This document shows positions 12,174 through 25,200 of a stretch of DNA of 64,000 bases, one piece after another (position 1 is the stretch's first letter; each line of letters starts with the position of its first letter). Source of the DNA: Haliotis rubra (taxonomy: Eukaryota); assembly GCF_003918875.1 (NCBI RefSeq), contig NW_025766048.1:744001-808000 (forward strand), written 5' to 3'. Both the position numbers and the translations under genes were made by a program. The notes below the pieces were generated by a model. That model was not told the origin of the DNA. It ran no database searches and saw only the letters and a program-made list of their open reading frames with translations.

Positions 12174-15100
12174 ATGAATAGGAAAGTCCCAGACGAACTG
12201 AAAGAAAAATATCCAGTTGGTTGTCACCTTTTAAATAAATCACTGACTTTGACATTATTATTTATGAATGTATCTTGTCAATTTAGAATGCATGTCCTCA
12301 GGTCGAGAATAAGCTTTCACAACCGTTGTTTTAATACCGTTATACGCCAATCGAAGTATGTAGTAGTCATGATTCAAAGATCTAAGATTGGGAAACAGGT
12401 GTGGTACTTTCATCCGATTATGATAAGGAAATGAACCCATCTGAAGCATGATGAACCTTTAGTATAAGTTATATCGGTATTAACCTTGTTTAACACTGCA
12501 CTCGGCAATATTCCAGCTATATAGCGGCAGTCTGTAAAAAAAGTAAGTCTGGACCAGACAATCCAGTGATCAACATCATGAGCATCCATCTTAGCAGTTG
12601 GAACACAATGATGTGTCAACAAAAGTCAGCGAACCTGGGGCGGTGGGGTAGCCTAGTGGATAAAGCGTTGGCTTGTCATGCCGAAGACCCGGGTTCGAAT
12701 CCCCACTTATTGGGTACAATGTGTGAAGCCCATTTCTGGTGTCCCCCGCCATGATGTTGCTGGAATATTGCTAAAAACGGCGTAAAACCAAACTCAGTCA
12801 GTCAGTCAGTCAGCGAGCCTGATCACGAGATCATGTTTAGTCGTGTCTAATGATAAACCTTTAGCAATATTAGTATGAGATAACCTTGTGATATTGGTAT
12901 GATCATCATTATCATGTTTGATTTCAGCACTATGAGACATATGCCAAGTGCCAGTCCTCAGCATTCATGGGAGGGACATTTGCCTTTGCAACAGGTAAGA
13001 CAATGTTATTTCAAACATGTTTGGCAAGCCTAGTGGTCAGATTTTTCTTCCTTCTGTAGACCGGGACATTTGGGATACTATTTCTGGTGTTCCATTACAA
13101 TATATTGATGGATATTGCAGGGATTTGTCTAGACCTGCTCAGCCTTCGAAATAATTGCCAGCCTGGAGGCCCAGAACCGGTTTTTATTGTATCGGGCCGG
13201 CAGTTTCAAATATTTGCAGGCCCTTGTGGCCTTCAGTGAATTACCTGTCTTTTTTCCAGGAATCTTTCCCTTACTTATTTTCTTTATTAACGTTCAGGAA
13301 TCATCCATGATCCATCATGTTACGATAACTTACAGTTTCACTTCCTGGTACTTCAGAGCTTTGTATATAGGAATGTCGACACCAGTCTTTAACAAATAGA
13401 AACATCTCTCTACGCAATAGGCTTCGCTAATTGATTTTGTAGAAACAGTGTGAAACTGTGTACAGTGTAGTCTATTTTGTTTTTATTGGATTGACTATAA
13501 CAAAATGGGCCTGCAGATTTCATTCAGGGCCTGTAGATTTTAAAGCGGCGGCGGCAGCAGGCCCTGATGGCCAACTGGCAAATTAAAGTATTGCAAACAC
13601 TGGACCTGCTTAAACACTGATATTCAACCCCAATTCAAGTCTGCAGCCATAGTCTGTAAAATTTGCCTAATTGGAATGAGAAATTTCACAATTTATGTTG
13701 TTATTGTTATAATGTGTGAACGTATGTTTTATGGCTTTGCAACAAAATGATAAATGTCATTTGTCTCATCATTTTGAGACAAATATGCTTTGTGAAATTC
13801 AGTTTTCTGAAGGGATGTATGTTTGATTTAGAGAATCTGATCCATTAAACATTTTTTTCATATTTTTCAGCCACTGCTAGTTTGTATGTTGTACAGGAAC
13901 TGCTGAAGACACGCCTCCCGTACAACTGGTCATCCTTCTTGCTGACCTCTGTGCTAGGCGGGAGCATGATCTCGTATGCGTATACTCGCAAGAAGACCAA
14001 GGACTGTCAAGACATGTGGATGGCAATGGAGGACCGACACACTGCACTGACATCTGCTGATGGTGGGTTTAGCTGCCATGGAAACAAACACAATTTGTAT
14101 GTTTTGTAAGGCTGTAACATATGTTATATTTGGGATTACTCTTTCTTAGTAAGGCCCTACAGCGGTCTAGGCGGCTGACTTTGTGTGCTGGCGATTAGGT
14201 TCCTGACTCTGAGGGTGTGGATTCGAATCCTGCATGGGACTTAACCCCCCAAAAGTACTAGAATCTGTACTTTCCTAAGAAAGTGTAATCCCAAATATAA
14301 CATATGTTACATTTGATCACTTTCTAAAATGGCATTGTGTATTTCATTTTGTAAGGCTGTCCATAATTTTTTCTGTTTCCTTCTGTCTGCCATAAATTTT
14401 GAGTTCGGTTTGTGATATAATAGAAAGTTTTCTATCTCAATCTTACCTACAAATATGGAAATGAATACCGTGATGTCATAAAAAGAAAGAGTCTTAGTTA
14501 CGCATGTTTAAAAAAAATAGCCCAGGTCAGCCTGATGTTTCTTCATCTAAATATATTAATAACTTGTTTCTGAAACAAAGCTACATTATAAAATATTTTT
14601 TGAAGTGATCTAAGTTTTTATTATATTTATTACAAGATTAATGAAACAATTTTAAATTGTTTTGAATTTTCATCTATTTTTTGAGTGTGCCCACTGGTTG
14701 AGGTTGGAGGTGAGAAACACATAACAAAATATGGATGGCCTTATGAACATATCTTTTCAAACTTGTACAGATCTTCATCATGCACTGGCCTTAAACCTCA
14801 TTCCCTGACTATCTAGACCTTAACCTCATACTCTAAACATCAAGGCTAAAACCTCGCACCCTAAATAAAAACACCCAAACCTCGTTTCCTCCTTAACCAA
14901 AGTTAAAACCTTATACACTCATTATAGAGGCCACAACGTTATACACCTACTATATTGCAGCTGTAGAAATATACTCAAACATTCACCAATCTGGTTGTGC
15001 TGGCACTTCGCTGACCCCAGCTAGGACTGCACAATGCTGGCCTCCATTGGGTGACATCCCATATATTTACTGCAGAATAATCCCAAAACGGGTGGTTAGA

Positions 15101-15635
15101 ATCTTTTCGTAGCATTTTCATTGATACACCAGAGTAACGCCCATCGTTACTTTTAGAGAAGGAAAACAATTTTCAAGACACAAAAGTCGTTGTTACAAGG
15201 ATGACATGGATACTTTTATGACTTGACACATTGGGGCAGGGGGGTTAACTAGTGGGGTTAACTAGTGGTTAAAGCGTTCGCTCATCACACCGAAGACACA
15301 GGTTCAATTCCCCACATGGGTACAATGTTTCAAACCCATTTCTGGTGTTCCCTGCCTTGATATTGCTGGAATTTTGCTAAAAGCGGCATAAAACTAAACT
15401 CACTCACTCAACAGTATCAATGACGGTGTCTGTCTGTCATGGTGATAAATTGTTATAATATCATACCCTTCATGAAGTCTCTATTTTATAAAGATTTTCG
15501 CTGAGACAGTTTAAGCTAACCACCATAACACGTAAACAAAATATAAACAGTTACAAGATTTGGACATCATTTATGATGAAATATTTTCCATTTGTTTCAG
15601 AAAGGAAAAAAATGGAAACCAATCAAACACACTGA
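12174..15635 (+). CDS. TMEM141: Transmembrane protein 141-like, 4 exons: 12174-12215, 12928-12994, 13871-14062, 15601-15635; ~111 aa
   Basis: MNRKVPDELKEKYP|HYETYAKCQSSAFMGGTFAFAT|ATASLYVVQELLKTRLPY...GGSMISYAYTRKKTKDCQDMW...|ERKKMETNQTH* resembles TMEM141 (YAxCQSxAFM, SYxxTR...CxxxW). GT-AG junctions and phases are consistent. The last exon is less certain. Confidence 0.85.
13140..13602. mobile_element. hAT-like MITE in TMEM141 intron 2
   Basis: CAG...CTG termini with an 8-bp TSD GACCTGCT on both sides. Confidence 0.7.
14115..14346 (+). mobile_element. Element with ~37-bp inverted repeats enclosing a tRNA-like segment; partial second copy ~25538-25660
   Basis: TGTAACATATGTTATATTTGGGATTAC...GTAATCCCAAATATAACATATGTTACA. 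Internal AGCGGTCTAGGCGGCTG and GGATTCGAATCC. Flanking direct repeat TTTTGTAAGGCTG. Confidence 0.7.
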
Positions 15636-16234
15636 CATCAACTCCGTCATACCAGTGCTGAGTCGTCATTTTTTGAGCATGATGACACATACCAGGCCAC
15701 ACTCCTGTGTGACATCCTACAATACCTTTACAGTAAACTCCAGTTAGAACAAACTCAAGGCAACCACTAAGTTTAGTTTGTTATAACAGTAGTTTGTTGT
15801 ATGCATTTCGATTAAAACGGGAAAACAATTGATATATAACTATCAGTTTATTCTAAAAGTAGTTTACGGCATGTAGCACATAGTTTCACACAGGAAGCAA
15901 TGTCTCAGCAGTGTAGAACAGGGACTTTGGCCTGTTCAATTGTTTCCACTCTTCTTAACCCTGCATCGTCACGATATGGCTGAGATATTGCCGATGTGAC
16001 GTTAAATATTAACTCACTCACTCTTAACCCTGCATGCTGGATTAACATATATGACAGTAGACATTCAGATAAGCTGAATTTTGAGGACTCCAAAATGCAA
16101 TCTGTGGAAGGGGGTTGGCTTATCTACAGGTTACACTTTCAGCATTAGGCGCTCTGAAGAGGGTGGGTGGGTGAATTTATGTTTTGGGGACTTCATTACA
16201 AAAGAGACAAATTAACCAATATTTTCCACTTTAA

Positions 16235-16552
16235 GGGACCGTTCATAATTTATGGTGGGGGTGGGGTGGTGGATGATGATGATTTTAAGGGGTCACCCAT
16301 TTTGTTAGGGGATTCATCAATTTTGTACACGCATTACTAGGGGTGGTCATCAATTTTGTACATAAACATGTTTAAAATTATGCTAGAAAGTATGGGAAGG
16401 GAGGGGTGGGGTGGGGGCATCGATTTTGTACATGACATGCAAGAGGGGATCACTTATTTTGTACATAAATTTTAGGGGGGTCATTGCCATTGTACATGCT
16501 TCTCCATAAAAATCATCATCATGCCCCCTAGCCATATATTATGAACGGTCCC
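16235..16552. mobile_element. PIF/Harbinger-type MITE; partial relatives at ~765-830 and ~37950-37996
   Basis: TIR GGGACCGTTCATAAT...ATTATGAACGGTCCC, TAA TSD. Confidence 0.8.
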
Positions 16553-18599
16553 TAATATAGATAGAGAAGTACAAACAAATATCTGGATATTTACAGCATT
16601 CGGAGGTTCTGTCCAAAATGAACATAAAACATTGCCAGAATTGCTTGATTGAATGTGGAATGTGTTCCCAGTATTTATTAACAATCTGTATGAAGCATTA
16701 AATTTGTGCTAACCAATTTCAATAATCATATCTCTGATACTGCATGTTTAACCAAGTTTATATTCATGTTTTTCTACTGGCAAATATGAGCATGATGGTA
16801 AATTATCCCCCTGACCACGATATAAAATGAGGATATCATCCAGTGTATTTGATATCATGTATATCCACACAGGCCAATCAGAGCTGTGCATTTTACACAC
16901 AAGACAATGGCTATTTCTGTTTACAGTTTAAGAATGATTTTGAATGATATCTAGAATCTCAGCCTTATGCCTTTGATATCAGATATACAGACCCTGAGCA
17001 CAGGCTCATTCAGAATGGGACACACACCCTTTTGTCCTGAAAGATTATTAAATGACCATTGAAACACTCGTGGGTGAAACTGAAGTATGCAGACCCCCTT
17101 TCTCAAGAGCGTGCAAACACCCCCTCCCCCCTTTTCTCAAAAAGCTGTATACGGCCCTGTACAGTGATATAAGTTGTAAAGACATAATAATAAGAGGTCT
17201 CACTGTTGATAGTATTTATACAGAGTTTGTTCTGAGCAATTGCCATATATGTCATACATACTGTGTACACTACAATTTAAACAAAAATATGTAATCTGTC
17301 TGAATTTTAAAATATAGTTCAGCTGTTTCAAGATACATGTTCCATTATACAACAGTTAGATTTCACCCAAAGGGAACACAGTGAAGTGATTCGAACTGAT
17401 CTTCGTGAACAGTCTCGGCCTGGGCTCTGTATACTAAATGTCATGTTACCCTGGCTTGAGTTGTATCGAGGCCTGTCTTGGAGAACATTCTGGTTTGTCA
17501 GTTTGCTGGCTGCTGAGTTATGTCCCTTCTCTGTTGGATGGCTACAGCATTGTCTCCCTTGTCATGTCTGGTTGGTGAGCTGTGATCGATCCCTGACAAT
17601 CAAATCTAGTCAAAGGACATTCCTGCTTCCAGGTCAGAAATGAAGTAATTGAAGTTAATGTTTGTTATTGGATAAGTTTGTGATGCAGGTGGTAGAAGTG
17701 GTCTCCCTTAGTCACCTTGAACTTGACCCAAAGTGTATATTTTATATATTATCTTATTTTAGCACCATGGGTAATAAACAACATACCTCACTTTGGCCTT
17801 TGTTTGACATTCAGATATAGTGAAATACCATAAGTACTACATGAAATAGTAAACTTGGCTCACCCACTCATGGAGGTGACAAGATCTTGTCTTGTCAAGG
17901 AATACAATAGGCCTACACAAAGATGTACTTGGATCTGGCTAAAATGGCTGCCTTCTTAGGAAGTCCTCCTTTGAAATAAAGCCTGACTATCTTAAATTGT
18001 TGTGTGTTTTTCGTATTGTTTATTCTTATAATGGAGTGAGTATGGTTTTCCGCCACTTTTGGCAATGTTCTAGGCAATGTTCAATATCTAGGCGGGGGAC
18101 ACCAGAAATGGGCTTCACACGTTGTACCCATGTGGGGATTCGAACTCGGGCCTTTGGCGTGACGAGCGAACCCTTTAACCAGAAGGCTACTCCACCGCCC
18201 CTTTTGTAATGGAGCATTTATGTACAGCTAATTTAATGTTCTTTGTGCGTGGCAGGATTGTGTGTTTGAATCTGAATCTGAATCCGGTCAACTTCTGAAC
18301 CAAACCAAATACATGCTCATGAATAAGCTTGGGTTGGTAAAGCTGTTCATTGAAAAATGAACAGCAAAGGAAGATAGAACTGCTGTTTTCTTTGATGTAT
18401 ATCTGCACTGTTCTCAGCAGAACTTTATATACGCTCGTCACGAAGTGTGAAGCTCATTTCAGGTGTACCCCGACGTGATAGTGCTCGAATATTCGTAAAT
18501 GTTGCATAACACTAACTCACTCACTCATCTGTGTATACTTTCTAAAGCAAACTCACTCACACTCACTCCTCCACAAATAATCTGACATGCCATGATATA

Positions 18600-18841
18600 G
18601 TGAGTGAGTGAGTTTTACGCCGCACTCGGCAATATTCCAGCTATATGGCGGCGGTCTGCAAGTAATCGAGTCTAGACCAGACAATCCAGTGATCAACAGC
18701 ATGAGCATCAATCTGCGCAATTGGGAACCGATGACATGTGTCAACCAAGTCAGCGAGCCTGACCACCCGATCCCGTTAGTCGCCTCTTACGACAAGCATG
18801 GGTTACTGAAGATCAATCTTCTAACCCGGATCTTCACGGGT
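18600..18841 (-). mobile_element. SINE-like family B (~240 bp), full-length copy; shares its 3' tail with family A
   Basis: Begins CCCGTGAAGATCCGGGTTAGAA, contains GTCGTAAGAGGCGACTAA, ends GCTGGAATATTGC..GCGGCGTAAAAC(TCAC)n. Other copies at ~861-1150, 3590-3790, 7370-7550, 8930-9120, 11105-11335, 12485-12860, 25767-26008, 30525-30745, 32186-32365, 46545-46700, 50810-51010, 62180-62370. Confidence 0.88.
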
Positions 18842-19224
18842 CTCATGATATAGCTTAAATACTGTTAGTTAATTGAGCGTAAGTTAGTAAGTGAGTACGG
18901 TTTTACCCCGCTTTTAGCAATGTCCCAGCAGTATCGGGGCGGGGTTACGAGAATGGGCTTCACACATTGTACCCATGTGGAGAGTCAAACCCCAGTCTTC
19001 TGCGTGACGAACGAACGCTTTAGCCACTAGGCAACCCCACCGCCCTGAGCCGCAAGAGACAAGTCGCTTGATACATTATCTCTTTACAATGACGATCAAG
19101 AGACAGATCTGGTTACGAAACACCTTGACAAAGACAACAAACTTCATTTTTAGATGAAATCGCATTTAATACAAAATAAATATGTGTGACGTTACGTATG
19201 ATACTAGTATCAAGATGTTGGTTG

Positions 19225-22200
19225 TTATGGTCTAAAGGGGACGGGCACGCTTGTCATCGAAGTGACTGTTGACTCTAATGAAGCCTTTTCCTGTTAAACA
19301 AAAAAAGTAATACACCATTCCGGTATCCGTTATTGTCAATATCGGCTGTCATCATCATCATCATCATCATCATCATCGTCTAAGAAAAAATAAGTATTCA
19401 AGTGACGAAAGAATCATGGTATGCTGGTGTTATTGTTTGATAAATTAAAGGGCCACTGATCCAGAGCGATTAATGTTTCCAGCCAACAGTCTAATTACGA
19501 AACCTAGCTGCAAACTGGTCAGCCTCTGCTCCCTCGACCGTGACGGACACGGGGACTGGGCTACTGTCCACCTTGGCAGAATTTCTTCAACCTAATTGGT
19601 GGGACATTAGGAAGGGTGGATGCCCATCAGATGCCCTTATTTGAAAATATCCCCGCTACTTTTTGTCTGATTGTAATAAAGTATCCCAGCAGTGTAGGCT
19701 TTATCAGATTTTCAGATGTTTGGATGGTATAGTGACTGATCCAATTTGATCCTATTTCTGTGTTTTTTACCTCGATATTTAATCATGTAAAAATATGATG
19801 TCTATTACCTATGCTATGATATCAAAAACACACATTTGATATATTTGAATCCATAAACTAAACAACCCCACTTTGCCATTGCTAAAAACTCTGACATTTT
19901 ACTTAGGTACATAGGTATATACAGTTTTTAACTAAGTACACAGCAAATGCTTACATATGTTTCTTATGTAACAATGAAGTTCCGTTCGTATCCTCAAATC
20001 AGTGTCGGCCCATAAGATATTTTTCAGGCAATCAAACTTGCATGCAATACAGTGATTACTACACTCTAGCTGTAACCCTTGTTTGGTGGTAAACCTACAC
20101 ATGTTATTTGTCATCATTGACTTGATGGTCAGTTAATGAATTTACAACAGGTATAATTAGTAATAACACCGCTCAGATTACCCGACAAAGGTTCCCATTT
20201 GGCATTTCTTGTGTCTGGAGTAAATACTCAACATGATAAATTGAGGTCTTAGGTGGCAAATGTATGATATCTTATGTAATATGTGCATGGACGTGCAGCA
20301 AGAGGAATTATCAGCTGAGTTACAAAACAAACAGCGATCAAAGGATTAACCGGTAACACGCTGATTGTTTAATTGCTTTTATCCTGCACAGTGGATTTGT
20401 CAAAAGGTAGAGTTTATGTATATAGATTTACTAATCTATACTGAATACATCCTGTCGTAAAGTCTCTTTGTAAAAACAAACGCCCTTCCTTCTAAGGATT
20501 AACCGCCAATACATTCATTGATTGGCTAACTAAATTGCTCCTTTAACTTAATCTCTCCATGAAAGTGTAAGTTTGCAGCACGGAAATAATCACTATACAC
20601 TCACCAATTTACCTCACCTACTTAATCCTTATCCATACTCCTTTTATCAGGCAACATCCATGAGCTTAATGCCGATGGTAATTCACTGTGTTGTTAATAC
20701 ACGTTCAGCCAATAAACAGGAGAGCCGAGATACCGGATGCCGGTTTAGAGAGTGTTAAGTACTGTTCAAACAGTCAAATAGGCGACCTTTGTTGTGCCGA
20801 AATACGGAATACACTGACGCCGGCTTAGAGGGCGTCAATCTCATAAATTAACTAGCTTCTGTCGGGACCAAATTCTAGTGCCGATATTGAGAGCATACCG
20901 GATTGGAGGGCTGCCGAGAGCTTCCACTGTATTCTTGTGAGAGTAATAGCACCTGTTTATGCTTCAGAGTTCACTTTTCAACTTGCTCACATCTAATAGG
21001 CCAAAACAGATAGTTCCGAGTACAGGCTATACTGCGCGATTGGTCTGGTTTGTGTGACGATTCTCAGCTGTGTTTTGGTGAAGCGTTATACTTGTACTAA
21101 CCCATTCTCTTCCCACAGAGGTTACTTGTCATATCTTCCTACGAACCTCTGTTCTAATACGGCCATATTTCCCGGTTCTCGTAAAATCCCCTAGCGGCAA
21201 AAGATCGCAACACGAATTATCTCCCTTCTTTCTATCCAATCAGAACACGTGTTACATCGACTTAGATTAAACTTGACTAACACAAGCAAATGTGGGGCCA
21301 CAAATATCCTCCATCTGCCGGGGACTTGTGTTGATATTACACACAAGACGTTTAATGGCTAGCTTGTCCGTTGTCAACGAGGGCGATGGAGACGCCACTG
21401 ATCCGCCATAACATGACTGTCTAGAAGAAACGTTTGCGCATCGCGCAGGGGAAGAGGTTTAGTTTTCTCGAAGCATACGGAAATTACCGAGGCCTTGCGA
21501 ATGATCACTTTTGAAACAACGTCGCTGATTGCACAACTAAATCTGATTGCCTCCAATCACGAGTCTTGAACGCTCACACCATGAAAGGGCCGTATTAGAA
21601 CAGAGGTTACGTAGGAAGATATGACAGGAGTAACCTCTGTGGGAAGAGAATGGTACTAACCTTGTGTTCCTCGTTATAGAGATACACGGCGGTCGTGCCG
21701 AATCCCCAGTTGAAAACGTCGTAGTTGATGATGTAGTCACAGCCGATGTCTTGTTGGGGAGCAGGGGTGTTCCAGCGACCGTAGATCTGAGGAAGTGAGT
21801 AATGAGGGGCTTAACAACAGTTTCAACGCTATTGCAGTTGGTGCTGATTTAACAACTACCTGGTTGACATGAAGATGACAATATATGAAGTCCAAATTAG
21901 CCTGCTTTAGATTCCTTTCATTGCTGAAGTAAGAACAACCCCCCCCCCCCAATAAAATTAAAAGATTTTTAGAGGGTACATTTAAAATACCCCCAAAAAA
22001 CCCCAAAAACACACAACAAAACAACAACAAAACAACAACAACAACAAAACCAAAACCAACCCCAAACCAAAAACAAACAAAACAATCAAAACAAACCACC
22101 ACCACCCCCAAAAAACAACAACAAAAAAAGCAAAAAACAAACAAGAACCACCCCAAACCCCACACCCCACACCCCCGAACAAATAAACCAACCAAACATA

Positions 22201-25200
22201 AAATAAATCCCCCAAAACAACAACCAAAAAGAAAAATACAAAACAACCGAAAACCCCGCTCTGTATACCAGTGATCATCCATGCCGTAGCTTGACAGCGA
22301 TACTTAATTTGGACATTGATAACATGGATTCCGAGCCAGTCAATCCACATTTAATCCTATTAATATCGATATGCAGGTCTTCAGGTATGACGCTGCCGAT
22401 GATCGCACCACTGACCGTGCATTCAGCCGCCCATAGTTACCCAAATGTAAGAAAACACTCCGGTTAAAATCCTATCAGTGAGTGAGTGAGTTTAGTTTTA
22501 CGACGCTTTTTAGCAATATTCCAGCAATATCACGGCGGGGGACACCAGAAATGGACTTAACACATTGTGCCCATGTGGGGAATCGAACCCGGGTTTTCGG
22601 CGTGACGAGCGAACGCCTTAACCACTAGGCTACCCCACCGCCCCTAAAATCCTATCAATTTCAACATTCACATTGATACTTATTAAACATGGCAAAACCC
22701 AAACATTATTGATCACCTTGAAATGTAATGTTTTCGCAAAGACCAAGAGTCACCATCGTTTTTAAGAAAGAAGTACAGTGTGCTTTGTAATGATTTCGTG
22801 GCCCACGAAGAATCCACGTGGGGGATTCGAGGCAATAGGTCTCTAGTATCCCGCGCGTGTCGTGTGCAGTAATTGATGACCAGGTATTACAGGTAGTTCT
22901 ACTGTGTATCTTGGTGATTATGTGTAACACTGCTGCGGCGCAATACTACATTCATTCATTCTCTGAGTTAGAGTGTTCTTTCTGCTGCTACTTACTCTGA
23001 GTTTAGCACCCGGATGTAGGACATAGTCCCCGAATTTGTAGAGGATGTCGGGTTGGCCTTTTCTCTTTTTTCTCAAACTCCATCCTTGCAACTGCACCGA
23101 CTAGATGCCAAACAGAGTCATGTAGTTAGACAATGGTAGTGATACTTCGTGGTAAGTTCATGTCTGATTAAATGTTAACAAGCAGCCATCCAAACTGGTA
23201 TTGCCCTGAAACTCACCCTGCCCAGCAACGATCCAAATTGGTATTGCCCTGAAACTCACACTGCCTAGCAACGATCCAAACTGGTATTGCCTTGAAACTC
23301 ACCCTGCCCAGCAACGATCCAAACTGGTATTGCCTTGAAACTCAGCCTGCCAAGCAACGATCCAAACTGGTATTGCCTTGAAACTCAGCCTGCCCAGCAA
23401 CGATCCAAACTGGTATTGCCTTGAAACTCACCCTGCCCAGCAACGATCCAAACTGGTATTGCCTTGAAACTCACCCTGCCAAGCAACGATCCAAACTGGT
23501 ATTGCCTTGAAACTCAGCCTGCCCAGCAACGATCCAAACTGGTATTGCCCTGAAACTCACCCTGCCTACCAACGATCCAAACTTGTATTGCCTTGAAACT
23601 CAGCCTGCCCAGCAACGATCCAAACTGGTATTGCCTTGAAACTCAGCCTGCCCAGCAACGATCCAAACTGGTATTGCCTTGAAACTCACCCTGCCAAGCA
23701 ACGATCCAAACTGGTATTGCCTTGAAACTCACCCTGCCAAGCAACGATCCAAACTGGTATTGCCTTGAAACTCACCCTGCCAAGCAACGATCCAAACTGG
23801 TATATCCCTGAAACCCACCCTGCCCAGCAACGATCCAAACTGGTATTGCCTTGAAACTCAGCCTGCCCAGCAACGATCCAAACTGGTATTGCCTTGAAAC
23901 TCACCCTGCCAAGCAACGGTCCAAACTGGTATTGCCTTGAAACTCAGCCTGCCAAGCAACGATCCAAACTGGTATTGCCTTGAAACTCAGCCTGCCAAGC
24001 AACGATCCAAACTGGTATTGCCTTGAAACTCAGCCTGCCCTGCAACGATCCAAACTGGTATTGCCTTGAAACCCACCCTGCCCAGCAACGATCCAAACTG
24101 GTATATCCCTGAAACCCACCCTGCCCAGCAACGATCCAAACTGGTATATCCCTGAAACCCTATCTGCCCAGCAACGATCCAAACTGGTATATCCCTGAAA
24201 CTCACTCTGCCCAGCAACGACCCAAACTGGTATTGTCCTGAAACTCACCCTGCCCAGCAACGGTCCAAACTGGTATTGCCTTGAAACTCACCCTGTCCAG
24301 CAACGATCTAAACTGGTATTGCCTTGAAACTCACCCTGCAAAGCAACGATCCAAACTGGTATTGCCTTGAAACTCACCCTGCCAAGCAACGATCCAAACT
24401 GGTATATTCCTGAAACCCACCCTGCCCAGCAACGATCCAAACTGGTATATCCCTGAAACCCACCCTGGCCAGCAACGGTCCAAACTGGTATTGTCCTGAA
24501 ACTCACCCTGCCCAGCAACGATCCAAACTGGTATATCCCTGAAACTCACCCTGCCCAGCAACGATCCAAACTGGTATATCCCTGAAACTCACCCTGCCAA
24601 GCAACGATCCAAACTGGTATATCCCTGAAACTCACCCTGTCCAGCAACGATCCAAACTGGTATTGTCCTGAAACCCACCCTGCCCAGCAACGATCCAAAC
24701 TGGTATATCCCTGAAACCCACCCTGCCAAGCAACGACCCAAACTGGTATTGTCCTGAAACTCACCCTGCCCAGCAACGGTCCAAACTGGTATTGCCTTGA
24801 AACTCACCCTGCCCAGCAACGGTCCAAACTGGTATTGCCTTGAAACTCACCCTGCCCAGCAACGATCCAAACTGGTATTGCCTTGAAACTCACCCTGCCA
24901 AGCAACGATCCAAACTGGTATATCCCTGAAACCCAACCTGCCCAGGAACAATCCAAACTGGTATATCCCTGAAACCCACCCTGCCCAGCAACGATCCAAA
25001 CTGGTATATCCCTGAAACTCACCCTGTCCAGCAACGACCCAAACTGGTATTGTCCTGAAACTCACCCTGCCCTGCAACGGTCCAAACTGGTATTCCCCTC
25101 CGTGATTTAGCCAATCAACAAGTTGTTTTTAATCATTGTACTTTACTCTCTTTAGTGTTAAACCGGTTGTATAAACATGTCCGAACAATATAAGGGAAGC

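Noticed and set aside
21737-22350. 181-aa and 122-aa hydrophobic ORFs
   Set aside because: Translations of the C/A low-complexity tract; the real exon (21786-21661) is in another frame.
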